Positions 28,740-36,846 of a stretch of 64,000 bases of DNA are shown piece after piece (position 1 is the stretch's first letter; the number at the start of each line of letters is the position of its first letter). The translations under genes and the position numbers were made by a program. The DNA lies in IMG/VR virus record IMGVR_UViG_3300012662_000011. The stretch is one strand, 5' to 3'. The stretch is from a virus (taxonomy: Duplodnaviria; Caudoviricetes). The notes under the pieces are model-generated. The model saw nothing but the letters and a program-made list of their open reading frames with translations. It was not told the origin of the DNA and searched no databases.

Positions 28740-29943
28740 ATATTTCGCGAAGTCTTTGCTGTTCCTGTTTATACCCAAACTCTGCCAGTTCATGTTTTTC
28801 ATCGTTAGACAGGTATGAGTATTCATCTGAACTATTCAACCAATCAACGACCTCATCCATACTAACTTGCGGCTCTAAAAGATAGGCTTTAAGCTTCTTT
28901 TTATCTGTCCGTTCCATAAGTTGCCGAACGGTAGCATCTTTCAGATAATATTTTTCATCCGCCTTTTCTTGCAGTATATCCTTGATTACAAGCCCTCTGT
29001 CTTCTGGTTGTGGAATATCCGTTTGCAATGGGGGCAAGGCGAATGGATCCTTGTCGTCATAGAACAAAGAGTCTCCCGCAACTTCCTTTGTCCTTATGTT
29101 AGTCCAATATATACGTCTTCTGTTTTGTGCCGATACCAAAGCGGAATTGATATGAACGCCACGCACACCGATAGCATGGGAAAGACACCTTTCCCACTTC
29201 TCCAACATCTTGACGTTTTCAAGAAAGAAATAAATATCCGGATTATACTTAAGCAATTCTGTAAGTATTCGCATGTATTCCCAAAATAGATAAGATTGCC
29301 CTTCAAACTGAAAGTTCTGTGATTTTAATTCAAGGTATCTATCAAGGGTGTAAATCTCTTCACCTTTCTTTGTACTCATACCTTTCATCTTGCCAGAAAA
29401 CGAAAAGTTGGTACACGGTGAACCTCCCATAATTATATCGGGAACACCATATTTTTCTACAATTTCATCAACATTCAACTCCGTTACACTACCTAACTGG
29501 ATAGTGTCAGGAAAGTTATGTTGAGTATTGGCTATTGCGTATTTATCAATTTCAGATGCAAGGTAGGTATCTATTTTTGCACCTACGCCACGGAGAGACA
29601 TTTGCCCCCCCGAAATTCCGTCAAACAATGACAAAACCTTAATACCATTCAGCTTTTCTTTTGGTATAAAGCTGAATATATGCTTAATTGTTTCAATGTT
29701 CCATCCGTTCCCCAAACCTTTATATTGCTGCGTTTCAGATGTAACAAATTCATAATCATGCGGTAATGTTTGCAATTCTGCACACTCTTGTGGAGTCAGT
29801 CTACGTATTGCAGCAACGTATTTTATTCCGTTAACCTCGAAGTCTACACCCTGTTTATTATCCGGCATAGTCTTCTTAAAATCCTCAAACTGCTTCTCTT
29901 TTACCTTGCAGTAAACCTTTCTTGCTATTTCTTCTTTTCCCAT
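28720..29943 (-). CDS. Circularly permuted C5-cytosine DNA methyltransferase with no obvious TRD
   Basis: Motif order IX (RRLTPQECAELQ), X (QYKGLGNGW), I (LSLFDGISG), IV (GGSPC), VI (FFLENV), VIII (AQNRRRIYW). Confidence 0.92.
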   Translation of the reverse strand: MGKEEIARKVYCKVKEKQFEDFKKTMPDNKQGVDFEVNGIKYVAAIRRLTPQECAELQTLPHDYEFVTSETQQYKGLGNGWNIETIKHIFSFIPKEKLNGIKVLSLFDGISGGQMSLRGVGAKIDTYLASEIDKYAIANTQHNFPDTIQLGSVTELNVDEIVEKYGVPDIIMGGSPCTNFSFSGKMKGMSTKKGEEIYTLDRYLELKSQNFQFEGQSYLFWEYMRILTELLKYNPDIYFFLENVKMLEKWERCLSHAIGVRGVHINSALVSAQNRRRIYWTNIRTKEVAGDSLFYDDKDPFALPPLQTDIPQPEDRGLVIKDILQEKADEKYYLKDATVRQLMERTDKKKLKAYLLEPQVSMDEVVDWLNSSDEYSYLSNDEKHELAEFGYKQEQQRLREIYEDASV

Positions 29944-30125
29944 ATATTCAATACTAAATTATCCATTATGACAGTAACAATAGTACCACTCTTTAAGTCG
30001 GGACGTACTTGATAGGAACACATGGATGAACGGTTATACCATTTGTTTCTTATTCCACTATCATACTCCTTCCGAAACATTCACCCCAACTCGTTACGAT
30101 ACTTATTTAGGATGACTTCAACCAT
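29925..30125 (-). pseudogene. TRD-like mini-ORF m0 upstream of the methyltransferase, with in-frame TGA at 30081-30083
   Basis: MVEVILNKYRNELG*MFRKEYDSGIRNKWYNRSSMCSYQVRPDLKSGTIVTVIMDNLVLNIWEKKK; aligns with m6 and has the same 201-nt length. Confidence 0.75.
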
Positions 30126-30619
30126 TGGCTCTGTTTTATATCGTGTCGATTACAAGTTGCATCTTTTCCGTTAATAACTTCTACATTAACATCTCCGTAA
30201 CAATACAATTCAAGAATACCGTCATTTTTAATTATCACATTTGACACTTTGCTAAGATACAGTTTGCAAATACCACCTTGACTATTGTGTATCACGGAAC
30301 AATCCCCCAAAACTAAATTTATGGTTGCGGGAAGAACGAACTCAAATCTCGGATTTACAAACATTATACTCGTATATCCATCTTTATTCCTTAAATACTG
30401 ACCGTGTACATAATTTCGAAAGATACTCTTTTCAAGGAAGTCGAAGCTTACTCCCCAACCGAAAGCCATAGCGTCAGCAAGAAACTCAACTCCATTGCTA
30501 TCAAGAGCAAGATCCATGACTTCTTTTTCTGTCCTACACGCATCCCACAAGGCTTTATATTTTCCACATAAACCTAACTTTAAAGCATTTCTCTTTAATG
30601 ATAACAACTCATTACTCAT
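30107..30619 (-). CDS. Hypothetical phage protein
   Basis: 170 aa ORF in tightly packed operon. Confidence 0.7.
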   Translation of the reverse strand: MSNELLSLKRNALKLGLCGKYKALWDACRTEKEVMDLALDSNGVEFLADAMAFGWGVSFDFLEKSIFRNYVHGQYLRNKDGYTSIMFVNPRFEFVLPATINLVLGDCSVIHNSQGGICKLYLSKVSNVIIKNDGILELYCYGDVNVEVINGKDATCNRHDIKQSQWLKSS

Positions 30620-30620
30620 A

Positions 30621-30914
30621 TCAAAGCCTTTCTCTTATTTGATTTAAATACTTTATATACATCTTGTCGTATTCTATATACATCCTTGCCTTTTTTACAC
30701 ATCTCATAACACTACGCTGTGTAAGAGATGTTAATGATGCGAGTTGGTTATAACAAACCGCATATCTATCGTGTAGTATATATAGACACAGGTTTCTCGC
30801 AACAGCCCTTTTTAAAGGAATATTGCCAACACCGACATAAAGCTCCTCGCATGGTGTCTCAATAACAAAACATACAAGTTTTCTAACCTTTTCCTCTATA
30901 TACTCTACTAACAT
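30621..30914 (-). CDS. Small HTH protein (DnaA C-terminal-like)
   Basis: ARNLCLYIL...YNQLASLTSLTQRSVMRCVKK pattern. Confidence 0.5.
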   Translation of the reverse strand: MLVEYIEEKVRKLVCFVIETPCEELYVGVGNIPLKRAVARNLCLYILHDRYAVCYNQLASLTSLTQRSVMRCVKKARMYIEYDKMYIKYLNQIRERL

Positions 30915-31253
30915 TTAATGCTCTTTAAATATATTACCAAAAATAGGCGACCACTGCTTAGCGTTCTCATCCAAGAAACCTCTCTCAACAAGCATATCAC
31001 GCATTACCTTTGGGCAACTCGGTAGTAATATATGTGTTGAGTTACTGTTTTTTCCCGGATTTTTTACTTCAAATGCTTTAAGCATCAGATGTGGAATATC
31101 AGAATGTTTACGTTTAGTAATGTAATTCTGAATGAAAGGTATAAAAATACCATCACAAACAACACCTCGCGCATCTTCTGCCCGAACAATTCGACAATCT
31201 TTGAATCTACCAAAGTCTATATCTATATAATCACCCGGATTTACCCAACCCAT
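30915..31253 (-). CDS. Hypothetical phage protein
   Basis: 112 aa ORF in operon. Confidence 0.65.
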   Translation of the reverse strand: MGWVNPGDYIDIDFGRFKDCRIVRAEDARGVVCDGIFIPFIQNYITKRKHSDIPHLMLKAFEVKNPGKNSNSTHILLPSCPKVMRDMLVERGFLDENAKQWSPIFGNIFKEH

Positions 31254-31254
31254 A

Positions 31255-31830
31255 TCAGACCTCCTTTTCTTTCTTTATTGCATCTACAACAATCTCATTT
31301 GCTATTGCTTGCTGTCCATGCTTGAAATTTTCTTTTAATTCCTCTTCTGTTTCGGGAGAAACTTCACTATTCATAATATCATTAAGCTCTTTTGTCTTTT
31401 CTGTAAGATATTGCAAGCGTTCTTGTGAGAATTTTGCAGCTTCCTCCATATCCACAAAAGCCACAATAGGATGCGTAAGATTTGCTTCTGTCATAATTAT
31501 TTCGGCATCAAGAATATCAGCATACGTTACACCCGTACCTGGATATTCTTCTTTTTCGTGTCCTTTTGTCGTCTTATACATCTCAACAAGATTACATAGC
31601 CACATATACAAATTGGTTTCAACAACTTCTCCGTTTATATTTGTAGCCCAGGCTTTTGTTCTTACTTCAAAACCTGTATGGGTGTGAAATATTGCAGCGT
31701 CTTTTAATATTACCACGATAAAACGATCAAAATCCACAACATCTTTTAGCTTACTCTTATCAATGCCCTCTATTGTGTTAAGTAGTCCGGCATTATTATC
31801 AACTTTCTTCTTTTTTGCCATCTTTGCCAT
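31255..31830 (-). CDS. Hypothetical phage protein
   Basis: 191 aa ORF in operon. Confidence 0.7.
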   Translation of the reverse strand: MAKMAKKKKVDNNAGLLNTIEGIDKSKLKDVVDFDRFIVVILKDAAIFHTHTGFEVRTKAWATNINGEVVETNLYMWLCNLVEMYKTTKGHEKEEYPGTGVTYADILDAEIIMTEANLTHPIVAFVDMEEAAKFSQERLQYLTEKTKELNDIMNSEVSPETEEELKENFKHGQQAIANEIVVDAIKKEKEV

Positions 31831-31842
31831 AATATTTTGATT

Positions 31843-32346
31843 TTATAAGTTCTTTCTCCTTCCATACTCGCATATCAGCGTAGCATCACACTTGTTGTCA
31901 TCCATATTCTTGCATTTCAATGTCCGTCTGAAATCTACGTCAGGAAACAGCCGTCTTGCAGCGTTTATGGATGTCGGCTTGTTGTCTACGCTTCTCTTGC
32001 CATCCTTGCTTTTATATACCTTGTCTTCCGTTATCCACATCTCTTTCTGCCATATCTTTGGCGGCACGAGGTGATACGGAATACCCAAAGCGATAAGAAG
32101 TCCCTGCAACACTCCAAAAGTCTCTCCAAACGAGAATGTAGCCTTCGCCGATGAACCGGACACGGCATGGATACTCTCCATACAGCAGACACATCCGTCT
32201 TCCGCTAATGTGGCGGTATTCTTTAGAAATAGAGCTACATCATGGTAATTATTCTCCGCAATGGAAAGAAAATCTACAACTTGTCCTTTTATGACTGTTA
32301 TATAACCCTTATTTCCAGGGTCAATGCCTATATACGTCTTAATCAT
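31843..32346 (-). CDS. RuvC-like Holliday junction resolvase
   Basis: YIGIDPG, central E (CMES), VPPKIWQK, DNKCDA. Confidence 0.85.
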   Translation of the reverse strand: MIKTYIGIDPGNKGYITVIKGQVVDFLSIAENNYHDVALFLKNTATLAEDGCVCCMESIHAVSGSSAKATFSFGETFGVLQGLLIALGIPYHLVPPKIWQKEMWITEDKVYKSKDGKRSVDNKPTSINAARRLFPDVDFRRTLKCKNMDDNKCDATLICEYGRRKNL

Positions 32347-32926
32347 TTTGCAACAGTTTTATTTCATCCTGTATATAGAATACCGCCTTGCGCAGATCCT
32401 CGATACGCTTTTCCTTTTCAGACTTATCACCATCAATCTTGCCTTTTCTCATCAAATACTTCAATGCATTTCCGATAGCAAAATCAAAATGCCTGCAAAT
32501 ATCCAAAGGCTCAACACCGCACAAGTCCTTTAGCCAAGAGTAATGGAATGGATGATTAACTTGATCCACCTTTGTTTTGATATATTCACATCCTTTTTGA
32601 TGTAACATTTCCTTGTCTGGTTTCATGTAAGCGATAGTTCCATACTGCATAATAAAGTCAAGACAAATATCATAAAACTTTTCTTCTTCTACCGTTTGAA
32701 GTGATACATGCGCAATTTTTAATATAGTATTTATACTGACTATTGCAAACATTGGCTGATTTTGAGATATAAGAGTTATACTATCACCTAAACATGTTTC
32801 TATATTTACGACATATCTATCCGGGATCCAATCAGCACCATGCATTTTCGCTTCTAAACGTACCTGTTCGTCTTCGTCCGGTAGTGTAAAACTCAATCCT
32901 TCTTTTATATCTTCTTTCTTAATCAT
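32339..32926 (-). CDS. DUF3310 domain protein
   Basis: DQVNHPFHY...FAIGNALKYLMR...EDLRKAVFYI. Confidence 0.8.
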   Translation of the reverse strand: MIKKEDIKEGLSFTLPDEDEQVRLEAKMHGADWIPDRYVVNIETCLGDSITLISQNQPMFAIVSINTILKIAHVSLQTVEEEKFYDICLDFIMQYGTIAYMKPDKEMLHQKGCEYIKTKVDQVNHPFHYSWLKDLCGVEPLDICRHFDFAIGNALKYLMRKGKIDGDKSEKEKRIEDLRKAVFYIQDEIKLLQND

Positions 32927-32943
32927 ACTCTATCCCTATTTGT

Positions 32944-33372
32944 TTACAAACATGCGCACCATTCTTTGTAAGCCTCTTTGTTACTTAAAGACATAGCCTT
33001 GTCGAAAGAAATACTCTTATCCGAATAGAAAAGGAATATGTTATACTTCCCTTGCTTTTCCAAGTCCCGTTTTATGTAATGCGCATAACCCACACCTAAA
33101 GCATTGATAGCATTTTCTGCCTGAAAATAAAACGAATCATACTCTTCATAATAAGAACCTTCTTCGTACACTTCACACATAATGCCTCGTGAGCACAATT
33201 CGTTTGACTTACATGTTCTATCAAGCTCCGTCAAATCAACACCTTCAATGGTGTCTATCTTATCCTGACTTCTCCAGCCATTTTTTTTTATTACCTTGTA
33301 ACAATAATTCCTCAAAATTATCTCCTCCCTCATTTTATAGCGTCGGTAACTCTTTATCGCCCGTAGTTCCAA
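32944..33372 (-). CDS. Hypothetical protein (start probably Met at ~33333)
   Basis: ORF in operon. Confidence 0.55.
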   Translation of the reverse strand: MELRAIKSYRRYKMREEIILRNYCYKVIKKNGWRSQDKIDTIEGVDLTELDRTCKSNELCSRGIMCEVYEEGSYYEEYDSFYFQAENAINALGVGYAHYIKRDLEKQGKYNIFLFYSDKSISFDKAMSLSNKEAYKEWCACL

Positions 33373-33961
33373 ACAGAAACTCAGATGCTTTGGCTATACG
33401 CCCATACTGCCCGATAACCTTAGAACGCTTCCTGTCTTTCATTTCCTTGCCTGAATTATCCAAATCCTCACTGCCATCAGCTCTAAAATCAGTAGATACC
33501 TCACGCTCATCGAGAGCATTTTTCCTCACATCTTCCTCTAAATTTCTAAGCTGTCTATCAATAAGAATATCACGTATAACGCAATTAAGCTCCTCACCTT
33601 TGGTTTCTCTAAGCAGACGTTTATCAACAGGACAGGAGGGCATATAAAGCTGCTCCGTAGCTTTTATTCTCTCTTTTTCGGGAACACTAAAGACGCCATA
33701 GTCTTCGAGATACAGATACGGGTAAATGTTCATCACTCCCATTACGGGAGACATTCTGCCACAATCGAGAATAATATTAAGCATCCCATGTCCATTCCTT
33801 CTTGCAATTGCGTAGCTCTCATCAAGGTTACGCTTTCTGACAAGGATAATAGCTTCTATCCAAAAATTATCATCCTTATCTTTACCCTTATATTGTTTTG
33901 GTAACTCTTTCAGGTGTGCATTTTGAAGAGCTATCGCCAAAGATTCTTCTTTAATCCTCAT
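33335..33961 (-). CDS. Hypothetical phage protein
   Basis: 208 aa ORF in operon. Confidence 0.65.
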   Translation of the reverse strand: MRIKEESLAIALQNAHLKELPKQYKGKDKDDNFWIEAIILVRKRNLDESYAIARRNGHGMLNIILDCGRMSPVMGVMNIYPYLYLEDYGVFSVPEKERIKATEQLYMPSCPVDKRLLRETKGEELNCVIRDILIDRQLRNLEEDVRKNALDEREVSTDFRADGSEDLDNSGKEMKDRKRSKVIGQYGRIAKASEFLFGTTGDKELPTL

Positions 33962-33962
33962 G

Positions 33963-34583
33963 TTATATCCATTTTACAATAGTTTCCCCCTTATACCCTT
34001 TCTGCCACACGAACCAAGCGTAACATACACAGGAGTTTGTTTTATAAGTGCTGAAATCCCCATTTTTGGCACAATTCTGCCGTTCAGAGAATACATATAC
34101 CATTTTTGGCGGACTTGTATCAAAGAGCTTTCTTCTTGCTTTACCTTCAAGGAAAGTTAGTTTTAAAAACATTGCTACCTTGTTGCCGTTAGGGATGTAC
34201 GACAAAGCTTTTTCTGTAAACTCCTTTGCTTTTGAATATGGAGGATTGGTTATTATATCACCCAACCAACTTCCACTGCCCGACAAAAAATCAAGGACTT
34301 CATTTCCCATACGGTCTACTATATCACTCTCACGGACATTCTTGCCGTACTCTTTCATTTTCTTTGACAGATGTCCTTCTCCGCATGCAGGCTCCCATAT
34401 ATTATCAGAAAATTCTTCTCTTTTAAAGAGTGCATCTATCGTTACAGGGTCTGTAGCGTAGTAATCCCTTTCCGCTCTTTGCTCTTTAGAGTGATTGGAT
34501 GCACCAATTATCTTGAACAAATCACCCGGTTTGCCTTTCCAATCTTTATCATTCATCTGCACCCTCCTTTCCTCCGTTTTCAA
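33963..34583 (-). CDS. Small amino (N6-adenine-type) DNA methyltransferase
   Basis: DYYATD, SAM motif WEPACGEG, catalytic IITNPPY, YAWFVW. Confidence 0.85.
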   Translation of the reverse strand: MKTEERRVQMNDKDWKGKPGDLFKIIGASNHSKEQRAERDYYATDPVTIDALFKREEFSDNIWEPACGEGHLSKKMKEYGKNVRESDIVDRMGNEVLDFLSGSGSWLGDIITNPPYSKAKEFTEKALSYIPNGNKVAMFLKLTFLEGKARRKLFDTSPPKMVYVFSERQNCAKNGDFSTYKTNSCVCYAWFVWQKGYKGETIVKWI

Positions 34584-35112
34584 GCCATTTCTCTATTGTT
34601 GTATCATTCATAGAAAAAGTCTTACCAAACACATTCGTAAGCTTTATATCACATTGCAGATACGGAAAATCTTTAATCACGTCGCTTTTAGGCTCTACTG
34701 CATCTGTAATATAAAACAAGGCTTTTCTCTGTCTGTAATCATCATGCCATAATATTAAACACCCCTCAATCTTTGCAAAGAAATCCGCCCATGTATTATT
34801 CATTGCAGCCACCTGTTCTGTTGTAGATATTGATGCGGATAAATCCGGATTACAGCCGAATATGTACAAAGACAATGTAGACGACGTTTGTTCTCTTGCC
34901 ACTTTCTCAGAGATGTACACCCTCGCGGAGTTTGCTTCCGGATAACTCTCCACGTAAACACCTTTCTGTTTACCGATAGCATTAAGACCGGTCATAGCTT
35001 TATATCTGATAAAGCCGTAATCACCCTCCAGGCTTGTGTCTTTCTCATCTAAGGCAACATAAACCCCATCTTTCTTCTTGTATCTCCGTATGTAAAATTT
35101 CTTCTCCGCCAT
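34549..35112 (-). CDS. Possible distal tail (Dit-like) protein; start re-called at 35112 (MAEKKFY)
   Basis: About 187 aa, beta-rich; first gene after a TAACTTTG promoter; functional call tentative. Confidence 0.4.
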   Translation of the reverse strand: MAEKKFYIRRYKKKDGVYVALDEKDTSLEGDYGFIRYKAMTGLNAIGKQKGVYVESYPEANSARVYISEKVAREQTSSTLSLYIFGCNPDLSASISTTEQVAAMNNTWADFFAKIEGCLILWHDDYRQRKALFYITDAVEPKSDVIKDFPYLQCDIKLTNVFGKTFSMNDTTIEKWLENGGKEGADE

Positions 35113-35133
35113 GCTATATATATTTACATAACA

Positions 35134-35141
35134 CAAAGTTA
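35134..35141 (-). promoter_or_regulatory. -7 promoter element of the operon containing both methyltransferases and the TRD array
   Basis: TAACTTTG on minus strand, 21 nt upstream of ATG 35112. Confidence 0.6.
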
Positions 35142-36019
35142 GTTGCAATCCAAACAACAACAAAACATAATACTATACACTATATATATAATTATATTAA
35201 TTTAACAATTATCGCATCTATATATATTAAAATATTTAACAATGTACGCATATAGATAAGGGTTATCATATATCTAACCATATATTATCATATAGTTCAA
35301 TATATGTGTAGACAATAGGAACAATGATAATATATGAACATATATAACCCTTATAGAAGTAAAGACATACGTGCCCTCCGGATAAAAAAACACAGCAAAA
35401 GCGAAATAAAGCGTTCTAAGACGTTTTTACACGGCAAGACCTATAATTTACCACAGAAAACATAAAACTCGCTTAAAACGACTTAAAAGTGGATTAAAAC
35501 GAATCTAACGACACGTATGTACTTGCTGAAAATAAAAAAAATAAAAAAAATTTGGAAAAGAGCGGGTTCGGGTGCTGCTCCCTGGTCGCCGGGGGGGGTG
35601 GATGCAAACTTTATACGGTGCATAATATAGGACTATAGAGCATATAATAGCGAGCATATTGCAAACGAAACGAACGTTACCCACGGAATATAAGCATATC
35701 AAACGCAATATAAGCGCATATAACAGCATAATATACTGTGCACACTACATTACACGTACAAAGACCTCAAAAGACGTTACACACACTTATATTGCATGCG
35801 TATATGTACTAAGGCGAATTGCATACTATCTTACATATAACTTATCTCCAGTATACTGCAGCACTCCAATTTTGCGGTGGGAGATATTTGCGCTTACATT
35901 ACGCGACTGCAATTACATGCATATATATTATATATAATAGGTGTAAACACACGTTTTTCGCTATATTTGTCAAGATTTTAAAAAACATACGCTATTTTAC
36001 AAAGATTTTAATCAAAACT

Positions 36020-36051
36020 CTTGCATATATCAAAAATCCGCCGTATCTTTG
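36020..36051 (+). promoter_or_regulatory. Early promoter (-33/-7)
   Basis: CTTG at ~36020 and TATCTTTG at 36044-36051. Confidence 0.7.
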
Positions 36052-36695
36052 CAACGTAAAATTTAAGGGACACGATTCAAAGCAAGAAATCAACCTTATA
36101 ATATTACATTCGGTCTTTGACTTACTTACAATACGCGGTGCAACGACGTATATTATACGTGTATAACAGCAAACAGGCATGATACAACACGCGATGTATA
36201 ATATATTGAGACTCAACGCGGTAAATATACTCATATACATATACGCATAACAGCAGCGTAATATAATATGCTGTTAGCCTTATAGTGCTTAACTATATAG
36301 TAATACAGGCTACCAGACGGGCGGCGTTTGGATATTAGGTGTAAAACCTACTGTTCCAGGGATTATTGTACCCTACAATTAAGTAGCGTTTAGGTGTTGC
36401 CTTATAGTTGTTTTAAGGTAAAAATCACCACAAACAGTATTATGCGGAATAAGTAAGCGGAAACAACACAAATCTAATTAGCAATTACATCGCTATATAT
36501 TACATTATGATAATGATAATAATCATAACAGCAACAATATATACATATATCTAATTGCATGTAATTAGTGGATAGGTATGGTAGAGTCGTATGGTTATAA
36601 CAATACAGATATGGAGTACATCAACGGATGGAAACGGCTGTATATAACTATATAGATAGCTACAGATTATAGGGTGCAACTCCCTATAGTACCAC

Positions 36696-36784
36696 AAAAA
36701 TAAAAACCCGACTCAATTGAGCCGGGCGTACAAAATACGGAATAATCCGTATAACTTGCACGATTCAAAGCAAGTGCAAAGTTA
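36696..36784 (-). ncRNA. Putative ~80-nt antisense RNA with its own promoter and terminator
   Basis: TAACTTTG at 36777-36784; hairpin CCCGGCTCAATTGAGTCGGG (36707-36726) followed by T run. Confidence 0.55.
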
Positions 36785-36846
36785 ATCGTATTGTTCCGTA
36801 TCTGCAATAAGGGAAACATTTATTAACAATTAAAACAGATACAATT

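Noticed and set aside
35255-36240. ORFs in the AT-rich divergence region
   Set aside because: Low-complexity Tyr/Ile-rich translations on both strands; more likely non-coding
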